Shown: one piece after another, positions 37,952 to 49,445 of the stretch | How the letters are laid out: each line of letters starts with the position of its first letter | Position numbering within the stretch: position 1 is the stretch's first letter | Source: Isurus oxyrinchus | Lineage: Eukaryota | Reading direction: 5' to 3' | Assembly (NCBI GenBank): GCA_026770705.1 | Contig: JANJGN010000012.1 | Location: forward strand, 77,686,001-77,750,000 | Length of the DNA stretch: 64,000 bases | Notes under the pieces: model-generated | Told to the model about the DNA's origin: nothing | What the model saw: only the letters and a program-made list of their open reading frames with translations | Databases searched by the model: none | Translations under genes and position numbers: made by a program

Positions 37952-40258
37952 CTGGAACAAACAGCTTCTATTATCAGATTTTATACACATTATTCTAAAA
38001 ACAGTAAATTTTCATTTATATAATGTCTCATCAGGTCTCCTAAGGCATCCCTATATGCTTTGCATATAATGAATTACTTTTTAAGTGCAATCACAGTTGC
38101 TACTTGCACCCTTCTTTGAGCATGAGGAACTCTGACACAGTCAGAGCCAGAACCCTGAACAGTCAGATGAGACTTTCCTTTAACATCTCATCTGACAAAT
38201 GTCATGCTCAGCAATGTTGCACTAAAACAGCAGACTAGTAGATATGCTCAAGTCCTGGAGTGGATCATGAGCCCACAACTTTCTTTGTGTCCAGGGTGCC
38301 ACCACTGAGCCACACTGGTACACAGTGTGCATTAAACAGCCCTGAACTGTCAATTCTTTTAAGAAATCCCTGTAGAGCAATGAAACACAGCTTGAAAAAA
38401 ATCAACATGATTATCTAGAAAATGAGCATCACTGAGCAATTTTATATTGACTATGAGCATAACATGCATTATCAGGCCATAAGTTCAGGTCAGACTTCTC
38501 TGCTGCTTAAAAAGCAGTTAAGACTCCTTTTCTCAGATCCATCACAACATCTCAGCTAAGATGCTGGACAGGGAGCTCCAGATGATGCTCAGCAATGCCT
38601 GGAACCCAATTTCTTTTCTACTTTTGCCTGCTTCTTTCCTGAAGGAGTCAACTCCTGTTGGGGTCTAGTTGCATTCTCAAGGAAGCCCCCTCACCCAAGC
38701 TGTTATTATTTATGTATCCAATCATCTGGGGTTGGGAAAAGTTGAATCAAATACTGTCCTCACTGGACGTCCCCCCATCCCACCTTTCAGTCCAAGGCTG
38801 CTAAGGCCTGACTACTCCAGCTGAGAGAAGTGAGCTCAGCACGGACTAGAAATTGAACCCAAAACCTTATGGCTTCAGTTAGCTTTACCAAATGGTCCAC
38901 CTGGAGAACTCAACTTCCATGTGGGACCACATGGTATCCATAAGAGGACATTGTTGTCAAAGCTTCTTCTAACCATATGGGTAACATGTCTCCATCTAAC
39001 TTATTAGCAAGTAAGGCCCACTCTATTAAAAAGCACTTTTATATTGTCATGCCACCTTGTTCCTGATCTGACTGCAGCCTATGCCCTCATTGGTAATGGT
39101 TTGGTAGTGAATGCTCTGGTGGGGTCAGCCTGGGGCAACATACGAGACGTCTATAACCAACTGGGTCAGCTACATGTGAAGATCAAACTGCAATCCCAAA
39201 GTACAACACTTTGATAATAACAATATTTAAATATGGTTCATAAACTGAGTACACACCAAAGTCGTGAAATCACTGTCACTCAATGTGAAATAAACTCCAA
39301 AAATACAATTGTTACTGACAATTCTCAGGTCTCTTGATTTTTACATAGGCCCTGATCACAATGCACCACTTAAATTTTGTTCATGATCATAGCCCAAGAT
39401 TCACCAGGATAATTCATGACCATGTTAGTAGAGTCTTTACCTTCTAATCCATTCAGTAACTATTGGTTTATGTTCAATGCTGTGCTACATTCTTCAAGAT
39501 CCATTTGTGGCTGGGGAAAAATCTGACACTAAAAGAGAAGATTAAATAGTGGTCCAGACAGCAACTGCTCAGGACTTGAACTTGGTGATTGGATAATCCA
39601 GAGATGTTCAACCTTTGGCCAGGAATCGACAAAGCCACTTCACAAATTCATCAGGCTCATCAAGAATTATAGATTACAGCTCCTCAGTCAAAATAGGAAT
39701 TGCTTCACCCTGATCTTTCCTGATTCTTCCAACTGCTAGTACAGAGTCCCAAACAAGTGGAGATGAGGGCTTTTAACAAATGAAAGGCAGCCAGCAAGGA
39801 ACAGTTGATTAACTGATGAGGAATAAAACAAATAAGTCATCTTTATTCATGTGGGTTCACATGCCCTCCACCACCTAGAACCCACAGTATCAAGGTGTTG
39901 TAGATGGATTCTGATTACAGGCAAAGGGAAATGGATTGGACAGGGTCCTTCTGACTGACAGATTAAACAGAGTTTAATCTCATCAGTTTGGCTGATGAGG
40001 CCCCTGTGTACAAGGACTAGCTCACTGCTCTGTCCACTTGAATCAGTTCTCCCTTCTCTGAATGACCTTCAGTTTATTATATTTAGAACTCCAGTGCCAT
40101 CTACATACTCTAATCTCTCAGAACAAATGGAAACTCCACACTAAGTGTTTATGCCACAAACAGCTGCAAACAGATTGCAAACTATCCCACATCTGTGCAT
40201 GCTGTTTTGTTATTATTTTGTGGCAACGTGGAGTTGGCATAAAACTGTTACATCTTAC

Positions 40259-40354
40259 CTTGCTTTAAATTGACAACATTCTGTGGACCGGGGGGAACAA
40301 TACCATCAAGTACCAATTGTGGTTGCGCACCTGATAGACCTGATGATTGCGAAT
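40259..40354 (-). CDS. AP1G1-like: Gamma-adaptin exon (hinge), DSQSSGLSGAQPQLVLDGIVPPGPQNVVNLKQ
   Basis: tttcag / gtaaga; 96 bp, phase 1-1, open frame. LVLDG corresponds to AP1G1 FLLDG. Confidence 0.8.
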
Positions 40355-41952
40355 CTGAAATATATTTCAAAAAGGCATTAGGGAAAAAAATGAGGTCTTG
40401 TTTTTACTCTTCCCCTTTGCAACTCAGCAAAGCCATGTACAATTCCTTAGGATCCGACAGTATTTTTTAAAAAAGCTTGAATACCAGCAGGGTTTGGGAA
40501 GCACTGTTTAAAAGAGGTGGCGGCGGTTGGTGTGGGAAGCACGGATTAAAAGATAGGCAATTATCAGTTTGTAGACAGTCAATAAAGTGTACTATTTGGA
40601 CATCATTCAAATAATGTGTGTATTAATACTGCACTCATTAGATTTCATAATGCCTCAGGCAATGTATTCAGTGAGTACCTGAGTGAACAATAGAAGGGTC
40701 AGGTTTTATCCTTGGTCTGTGCCATTAGCTGACTGCTTTGCAGGGCTACAGCAAACCTCGGTGAAGGAGGAAAGAAACTGGCTACCCAGTGATATCACTG
40801 GAACCTGGATGGGGAGATGATTGTTAAGGCTATAATTCCCCTGTGGTCAAAGAGCCTGTTGACAGTCACAATCAAGGCTCACCCATCACATTGAGAAAGA
40901 GAGTCAATGTGGTTAACTTAGATCATTCTTCCATAGAAACCTGCAGTTCTCCCCAAAGAAACTTCCAATTCCTTGATGGCTTCAATAACCTAGTTAGAAA
41001 ATTATCCCAGGTATTAATCACTCGGTGAGGAAATACCTCCTGTCATCAGTCCAGAATTTTTACCTGCATCAGTTACAACAAATAATGTAATGTGAATAAT
41101 TGTCACTTAGGAGAGATATCTGAGTCTGTCATGTACCTGTGCTGCTATATCCCTGCAAGGATTAAGGAACTCCGGAAGAGGAGGACAGAGAGAAAATAAC
41201 AATGCCCAAATCAAGAAATAAAGATAATGTTCAGTTTCTTTTTGCCTGCCCAACTGAGTGTGGAGATCTGGATAGCATGACTGAAGTTCAGGATTTGGCT
41301 GGGGAGCTGAGTGAAAATTCTCATCCACTGAAATCATTTCTGGAGATTTCTGTGCAGAGAAAAGGAGTGCAATTTATGACCTAATTTTAGAGTTCACCAA
41401 TGGGTTATCTTTTTGCAGATAATTCACTGCTGATTTAACTGTGGTCAATTGGAGTCTCTCCTCACATCACTCCTGCCCAAATGTAAAGGCAACATTAAGA
41501 AACTATTTCTGTCTCCTAGGCCTAATAGTTGAAATATTAGACTCTGGAACCAGAGGTTATGAGTTCAAAACTCATCATGGCAAACAAAAACTGAATTTGA
41601 CAACTGACAATTTGTGGAACAGTAATAGAAAATAATCATCTTGTAAAAATCCATCTGGCTTACTGATATCCCTTAGGGATGGACCTGCTGCCCTTGCCTG
41701 GTCTGATCCACACTGTGTAGTTGATGCCCTCAGGTCAGCAATGGAGGGTATAATAAAAAAAACTTGTCCAGTGCCCAGATCCTCAAAAATAAATTTTTAA
41801 CACATCCAGAATGCATCATGTGACTTTAACAACTGCATTAAACTGATATATAAATGCAGGTTGCTGTGTTAAGAAAAAGAAGCAAAAAACTTGCATTTAT
41901 ACAGCACTTATATCATCAATCACATATATATTCCATGAAGTTCTTTGCACAC

Positions 41953-42073
41953 CTGGCAGGTTTAATCCATCCAAAAGATCTAGTAACTCTCCACCCGTTT
42001 GAGGTACTTTATTTTCTTGAGGCACCGACGGAGCTGGGTTACTGTCGTCAAGCAGATCAAGCAAATTGTTAAC
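41953..42073 (-). CDS. AP1G1-like: Gamma-adaptin exon (hinge) with two clathrin boxes, VNNLLDLLDD...GGELLDLLDGLNLP
   Basis: tttcag / gtgtgc; 121 bp, phase 0-1. LLDLL occurs twice. Confidence 0.93.
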
Positions 42074-42843
42074 CTGAAACAACATGCTATGAATTAAAAC
42101 ACTGCATCATGAACTTTGCCCATCTGTTAGAGGTGAATAGGCCAAGCAAGTTGTCAAAAATCAGTCAATGGACCCCAAGCATTTTATTGTCCATGAGTTC
42201 ACTTCCACTGATATATTCTACTGTCCCCTCGTATTATAACTTCAGTCAAATGGATGGGTTAATATGCACTGACACAACGTGATGTGTTACGTTTTGGTAG
42301 CAAGCCAGTAATGGAATCCACATTTTCGAGAACTTGATTTGATTTTTTTTTGTGCAATCTTCTGTTTCCTTTCTGCCTGTGGTAGAGGGTTATCTCCTGT
42401 CACTTTAATGGAACACCTTATCAAGTTGCTGCTCTAGAGGTTGGTTGGGAGCGGGGAGAACCCACGTGTTTGATGGAATTTGGATCCAAATAGGTCACTG
42501 TGGATGACTCCAGGAGGCAATGTATTGGGCCTGGGTTTGAAGCTGTGCTGTGCCATTTTCTTTTAAATTTTGAACAGCCTACCTAGCCAGTAGATTTGGA
42601 TTTTTCGCTACAAACATCAGATGAGATAAATTAGTTGGCCCTGCCAATACTCTGCTGGGGTTCCAGAGTTTCATTTTCTTTAATTTAGAAAAATGTTATT
42701 GGTGATTTAAACTTGTATCCAGTTTTCAAAGTCAGAGTAAGCAGAAGTGTCAGAAAATTGAACTCCATAAATGTCAACCACTAGCTATTTATTTTAACAG
42801 TTCACTTTGTGTTTTTTTAAATATAATCTTTAGAACAATCTAC

Positions 42844-43230
42844 CTAAGCGGGGTTGTTGTATTTGGTGACCACTTTGGTGCCTTCGGAGACAGCGTGTTT
42901 GGCCAGTTCCCCTGGCAGCATGAGGCAGACGGCGCTCTGGATCTCCCTGGCCGAGATGGTGTGGTGCTTGTTGTAGTGAATGAGGCGCGAAGCCTCGGAG
43001 GCGATGCGTTCGAAAATGTCGACAACGAAGGAATGCATAACACTCATGGCCTTGGACAAGATCCTGGTGGAAAGGTGGAGCTGCTTCAGCACCTTGTACA
43101 CATAAGTGGAATAGCTCTGCTTGTGAGATTTTCTCCACTTCTCAGGTGGCTTCTTGGTTACTTTAGTCAGCGACTGTTTCGACACCTTGCGGGGCGCATC
43201 GCCCTTCACTGCAGCCACCATCTCAGGCAC
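42844..43230 (-). pseudogene. H2B: Intronless divergent histone H2B copy nested in a gamma-adaptin intron; ORF open but probably decaying
   Basis: [37 protein letters not shown] and [15 protein letters not shown] are H2B motifs. The expected MPE start reads GTG-CCT-GAG, with the next ATG at 43221. Conserved residues carry CpG-type substitutions, and no histone 3' stem-loop is seen. Confidence 0.85.
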
Positions 43231-43289
43231 TCCACTCGACTTGGACCAACTCAAGTCAGTGTATCAAGGGAAAATCAATTTAATTCTTT

Positions 43290-44385
43290 GGAGATAATTG
43301 CACAAAGTTAGGACTCAGGGATTGAGGAAAATATATTAGCAAGGATTGAGGATTGGTTAATGGACAGAAAACAAAAGCAGGAATTAATGGGTCATTTTTG
43401 TGTGTACAAATTGTAACTAGTGGAGCATTGCAAGGATCAATGTTAGGGCTTCAGCTGTTTACGATCTATATCAATGATGAGGGGACCAAGTGTAATGCAT
43501 TCAAGCTTGCTGACAATAAAGATTAGCTGGAGAAAGTAAGCTGTGAGGAGGCTATATAGACTAAATGAATGGGGAAGAACACTCTAAATGGAATATAATG
43601 TGGGGTAGTGTGAACTTATCTACTTTGGAAGAAAAAATAGAAAAGCAGAGTATTAAAAGATGAGACTGGGGAATATTGGTGTTCAAAGGAACTTGAATGT
43701 CCTAGTGCATGGATCACAAAGGCAACACGCAGGAACAGCAAGCAATGAGGAGAGCACTCAGTATGTTATACTCTAACATATTTGTAATAAAGGATAAGAG
43801 TAAAGAAGTGTGGTACAATTGCATAGAGTCTTGGTGAGACACCAGGAGTATTGCTTACAGTTCTAATCTTCTTACCCAAGGAAAGACAGCCTTGGAAGGA
43901 ATGCAACAAGCATTCACTAGATTGATTCCTGGCATGAAGAGATTGCCCAATGACTATTCCATAAACTGGGCTTATATTCCTAATAATTTGGAAGAATGAG
44001 GGGGGCTGTCATTGAAAGATAAAAAATAGCCCTTGAGGCACTTGATAGAGAAGATGCGAGGGGGATTTTTCCCCCGGCTGCGGAATTCAAAACTGAGGTG
44101 GTTGCAGTTTCAGTTTAAGTGGTAGGTGATTTAAGACTGAGATGAGGGGAATTGTCTTCACTCAAGAGGGTTGTGGATTTTTGGAATTCTCTACACCAGA
44201 GAGTGGTGGTTGCTCAGTTTTGAGAACATACAACGACATAGATTTCTGGATAAGAAGGAAATGAAAGGATATGAGGATAATGCGGGAGGTGGACTCGAGG
44301 TTGAAGATCAGTCATGATTATATCAAGTGGCAGAGCAGACCCAAGGGTTTGAATGGCTTACTCCTGTCCCTATTTCTTATGTAAC
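43290..44385 (+). mobile_element. 5'-truncated CR1-like LINE
   Basis: Degenerate RT (WLMDRKQ, ATCTATATCAATGA, AAGCTTGCTGAC = KFAD-like) with a tail ending CCTATTTCTTATG. Confidence 0.8.
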
Positions 44386-44987
44386 TTGAGGTTATCAATT
44401 GCAAATGTTGGAGGCAGAAATAGAGGCCATCAGGACGAATCAGTTGTCTTTTGTTCGTCTTTTAGCTTCTGCTGAAACGGGACATAATCATCAAAAAGAG
44501 ATACTTAAACACTCGCTCTTAGCTCTCAAAGTTAAAATTCTATCTAAACTATCCAGATTCCCATTTCACCACTTGTCTCTTTAAATTCGCTTAATATTTC
44601 TGTATCAATATGCAATCTAAAAATCTCACATTCACGATCCAAAACATTATATGCTGAGTCTTCATTCATCGACTTAGCTCATTATTGTACACCATGCTTA
44701 TTCCCCATTAACAGAAATTCCTATTATGTAACATACTTAACGTCAATTTATTCCTCATTATTAAAGTTTGCCTCTCATTAATCCAACTCAATAATTAAAA
44801 TATGACAGGCTGCTTTAAATTGTGATTTGTCAGACAGTAATTGATTAGTCCCCATTAAGACTTAGGCTGGCATATATGACACTGGATTTTTCCTGCAGCT
44901 GTGATTCTTGCCTCAAAGTATCTTTGTATTCAGCAGATTCTGTATTTCAAAGACACAGTTGAAAAACATGCAGTACATTCCACTTAC

Positions 44988-45123
44988 CTGGGCTTGTTGG
45001 GACAGCTGCTCTTGTACTGGTAAGCTGCCCCCTTCCTCCTTCTCTTCACCATTAACCACAGCATGCATCGGCCCATTGGCTGCACTCTTCTGTACGAGAG
45101 GCATTCGCTCCAGTAAGGCTGGT
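44988..45123 (-). CDS. AP1G1-like: Gamma-adaptin exon, (R)PALLERMPLVQKSAANGPMHAVVNGEEKEEGGSLPVQEQLSQQAQ
   Basis: ctttag / gtaagt; 136 bp, phase 2-0. Contains the ALLERMP motif. Confidence 0.93.
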
Positions 45124-45284
45124 CTAAAGAAATATGGACGTTCAGTATCACACAAGAGAGCCCGTTTGATGGGGTTCTCACTGCTACATCTTGCTTTATT
45201 TCCTACCTAAGAAAGCTTCAAATTTCACATTTATTTTAACGCCAGCTTTGGCCTATTTCCTGATCATACCAGTCTGATACAAGC

Positions 45285-46400
45285 AGAAACATTGAAAATT
45301 TCTGGCACAGAAGGTAGCCATTTAGCCCATCTGGTCTGTGCCAGCCGAAAAAGAACAATCCAGCCTATGCCCACTTTCCAGCTCTTGGTCTACAGCCTTG
45401 TAAATTAAGCGCTTCAAGTGCACATCCAAGTTTTTCTTTTAAATGCAATGAGGGTTTCTGCCTCAGGCAAAGCATTACAGGCCTCGCCCCCACCTGTCAA
45501 CACCCTTAGTGCAAAGATTTCTCAACTTCACTCTAATCCTTCTACCAATTACTTCAAATCTATGCCCCCTGGTTAATGACCACTCTGATAAGGGAAATAG
45601 ATCCCATCTAAACCTCTCAATTAAATCACTTCTCAGCTTCTATTCTAAACAAAACAACTTAATCGAATTCAATCTTTGCGCGTAGCTAAAATTCTCCATT
45701 CCTGACATCTGAATAAATCTCCTCTGTACCCTCTCCAGTGTGATCACATCCTTCCTGTAATATGACCAGAACTAGTGCTTTATATAGTTCTAGCATATTC
45801 TCCCTGCTCTTATAGCCTATGACTCAGCCAATAAAGGAAAGTATTCCATATAGCTTCTTGAGCACCTTATCTACTTGCTCAGTTCAGGGATCTGTGGACA
45901 TGCATTCCAAAGTGCCTCTACACTTTTCAATATCCTATCATTTATTGTGTATTTCCTTGCTTTGTTTGCTCTCTCCAATTGCACTGCCTCACACTTCTCC
46001 AGACTAAATTCCATTTGTCACTTTTCTTGCAGTCTACAGCTTTCTTCCTCACTATCAACCACCATTAATTCTTGTACCAACTACAAACTTCTTCAATGTA
46101 AGAGGCAATGTAAGAATGATTAAGCTGAAGTCATTTATATAAACCAGGAAAAAGAAGGGACCTTGTACTGAGCCCTGTAAAACCCCACTGGAAACAGCTT
46201 TGTAATTACAAAAAACATTTGTCTACCATTACCCCATGCTTCCTGCTGCTGAGCCAATTTTGGATCAATTTGCCACGTTCTCTTGGATCCCATGGGTTCT
46301 TTCTTTTCTGACCAGTGTGCCATATGGAACCTGGTCAAGAGTGTTGCTAAAACCCATGTGGACTACATCGAATGCACTTTCCTCATCGACCCTCCTGGTT
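45285..46400 (-). mobile_element. Degenerate CR1-like LINE
   Basis: RVDEESAFDVVHMGFSNTLDQVPYGTLV is a decayed VD-VY-DF-KAFDKVPH RT motif. A CR1-type tail lies near 45300. Confidence 0.75.
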
Positions 46401-47146
46401 TGAACAGAGGAACAGGAAAGTGGCAACCACATTGCTAGAAATATATTATAGAACCCTGCCTCCCCGCAGAACGTCTGAGCCACTGCTGGTGCTGTGTACT
46501 TGGCTCTGGCTGTACTCCCCAGAGGAACCATCGCCATCAGCAGTATTCAGCAAAATCAAAAAGGCCCATAAAAATTAGAGCAGCATGTGCATAAAAAATA
46601 ATTTACAACTAGCTTTCACTGCTGGCTCGCTTGGTACAGGCATTGTTCGACTAAGCCAACCTGGCCCCAGGTTCCCTTTTTGGTTTGTGCTCTGTTGGCA
46701 GGATCTCCCTTCTCTAACCTAGGGACATGAGGATACCTGCTACATGGTACCTGGTCTGTGCTGCTATCTATCAACCCCTTGGGATAAGCGGCAAAACCCT
46801 CACGGTGAAAGAGGTTACTGATGTTCACTGTCTTACCTCAACTGAAAAATGCTCTATTAGGTGAAGTACTGAAAGGAAACTGATAGGAGGCAGCAACTTC
46901 AGAGTTGGGGGGAGAGAAAAGCAAAGGAAAAAAAGTGGGAAAAATAAAAAAAAGTTAATTCTGAATACTTGTGAGGGAATTGAAAAAATCAATGTCACTA
47001 ATTTATGTCACTCCTTACTTGGCAAATGTGAGGGTACCAAAAGAAACAAGCTGCTTCAGTTAATCCATTTAAAAAAAAAGATTCACTAATGACTCCCTTT
47101 GCTTGAGCATGAACATTTTGGTTCAGTGGGCCTTTCTGGGTCCTAA

Positions 47147-47592
47147 ACAAAAACAGAATTACCTGGAAAAACTCAGCAGGTCTGACAGCATCGGCGGAGA
47201 AGAAAAGAGTTGACGTTTCGAGTCCTCATGACCCTTCGACAGAACTTGAGTGAGTCCAAGAAAGAGGTGTTAAAGTGCACCTATGTGTTCTTTTGTCCTG
47301 TTGTTTGTGACATCTTTTGATGATTTGCTTCTATCACTGCTTGTTTGTCCCTACAACCACACCAACCCCCTCCACTTCTCTCTCTCTCCGCACCCCCCTC
47401 CACACACACACACCTTAAACCAGCTTATATTTCACCTCTTTCTTGGACTCACTCAAGTTCTGTCGAAGGGTCATGAGGACTCAAAACGTCAACTCTTTCC
47501 TGCTCCGCCGATGCTGCCAGACCTGCTGAGTTTTTCCAGGTAATTCTGTTTTTGTTTTGGATTTCCAGCATCCGCAGTTTTTTTGTTTTTAT
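47147..47592. mobile_element. Short Penelope-like element with inverted arms
   Basis: Inverted repeat of about 120 bp. A 15-bp TSD CTTTCTGGGTCCTAA lies at 47132-47146 and 47593-47607. Confidence 0.9.
47208..47246 (-). ncRNA. Minimal type I hammerhead ribozyme-like motif (best-preserved copy)
   Basis: The - strand reads AGUU-CUGUCGA-A-GGGUC-AUGAG-GACUC-GAAAC-GUC-AACU: stem I AGUU/AACU, stem II GGGUC/GACUC, palindromic ACGU stem III, GUC site. Confidence 0.7.
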
Positions 47593-47838
47593 CTTTCTGG
47601 GTCCTAAGCTGCCAAATGCTAGACATTAACTTTTAGAGAGCATTGGATGACAACTACTTGAAGACCTCTACCAATGCCAGTCAACAAAACAAGGACAAGA
47701 GCAGCTCAAGAGAACTTCCCAAACCTGGACTGGGAGCACAGACCATAAAGGATGATGAGGATGAGTTGCACCTTACTTTTATATTTCAACACATGCTGCA
47801 AGACTCATTTCCACAATATAAGGTCAAGTCTCACTAAC

Positions 47839-47943
47839 CTCATGTGGTCAAACCTCATGAAGAGTGCATTGTACTCCACTGCTCGTTGTTGAAGTTCCAC
47901 ATCTAAACTGCTTCCATAGGTAGAAACTGCCTTCCTGATGCGA
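47839..47943 (-). CDS. AP1G1-like: Gamma-adaptin exon, (D)[35 protein letters not shown]
   Basis: tttcag / gttagt; 105 bp, phase 2-2. Contains the [10 protein letters not shown] hallmark. Confidence 0.95.
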
Positions 47944-48792
47944 CTGAAAGGATAACAGGTTGCAGTCAAAGAGTGAAATACCTTGTGAAAAGCTTAGTGA
48001 TCTGAATCAAATAGGCATTGGAAAAGTAAACCAAACTTTCCAAAATAATTTATGCTTAAAGGAACATTCCAGGATCCAGGATTCCCTTTTATCTTTAAAG
48101 TGCCAACTCTCACTGGGTAAAGTTCCACTGGCAGACCTCAGTATTGGCAATTGTACCTCAGTGAGAGCACCTTCAGGATAGATGGAGATGTTCATCTAAA
48201 AATGTTAAAATAGGAGATGGTGCTATTTGTACTTGGTCAATGCCAGGTGGCCATTAAGTAACCCAACTACTTTCAGAAAATGCCAACAGCTTTAGATGGC
48301 TAAGCTCCTGCGGGAAGGGAGTGGGATCCTCAATGAAGAAAATATCAACAGGAGAATGAGCTAATCCGTATATTAGACAATGGGGTCCACAATCTGCAAA
48401 CTGTGACAAAACTGTAGTACACAAGTCAATGAAGGAGCTGTGGACAGTCTGAAAGACACTAGGGTTCCTGTCCTGCCTTGTGCATAGAGAACAGACACAG
48501 GAGCTCAGATGAACAATGATGACTGTGAATTACTTCAGGATCAGGTTACCGTTTTTTGAAAATAACTTGAAAATAGAAGGAGCATTTGACAACCAACTCC
48601 CCATTCCAGTGATAAAATGCTTCTCAATAGGTACCAGCAAGGACTCCCAATATTCTCAGAATTTGTACTCTACCTCTCAGCTGAATCAGCACAAAGGTTT
48701 TGAGATTTCTTATAGACAGAAAATCAATTGTTGTGCATTTTGTATGTTTTAAGAAGAGGAAAGATTGAGATACCAACACACTTTCTACTTAC

Positions 48793-48920
48793 TCCGTGCT
48801 GCTCTGCAGTCGTGTGCTAAGCTTCATAATGGCGGTCAGTGCATATTCCCGTGTTGTAAGTGCCGAGAGGCTGGACTGCAGAATCTTCTCCAAAACATCC
48901 AAAACTTCATCTTCTGTAAC
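48793..48920 (-). CDS. AP1G1-like: Gamma-adaptin exon, [42 protein letters not shown]
   Basis: atttag / gtaagt; 128 bp, phase 0-2. Confidence 0.95.
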
Positions 48921-49406
48921 CTAAATAAGAAAGGAAGTAGCTCAGTAGAGTTATCAAGACAAGAGTTGCACAGTGCATACACAGGAAGCTCAATAAAAGC
49001 TACAGGACTCAAAACAATGAAGAAAATTTATTTTTAATTAACCAGGCCATTTACATTTGGAAAGAATATAGTCCATCAGTGACAACGCAATGGAATCTAG
49101 CTTGGAACTCTGATGCCATATTGTAGACAGTACTCTACAAATATCCAATTCCAGCATTCTCCAACTGTAAACAAACCAAACTTCCTAAATACAGTTTAAT
49201 ATTAATTTCAGCAGAGAAATTGACAATTCAATTCAGCCATTTTTTTCCCTCAAAAATGATGGGAAAGAAAAGGCCAGCTGGTCAATGCAGCCCGTCCCAT
49301 ACACATAAATATAAAAACAAAAAACTGCGGATGCTAGAAATCCAAAACAAAACAGAATTACCTGGAAAAACTCAGTAAGTCTGGCAGCATCGGCGGAGAA
49401 GAAAAG

Positions 49407-49445
49407 AGTCGACGTTTCGAGTCTTCACGACCCTTCAACAGAACT
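49407..49445 (-). ncRNA. Hammerhead-like motif in the Penelope left arm
   Basis: AGUU-CUGUUGA-A-GGGUC-GUGAA-GACUC-GAAAC-GUC-GACU. Confidence 0.65.

Noticed and set aside
42895-43311. 138-aa + strand ORF
   Set aside because: It is the antisense shadow of the H2B sequence.
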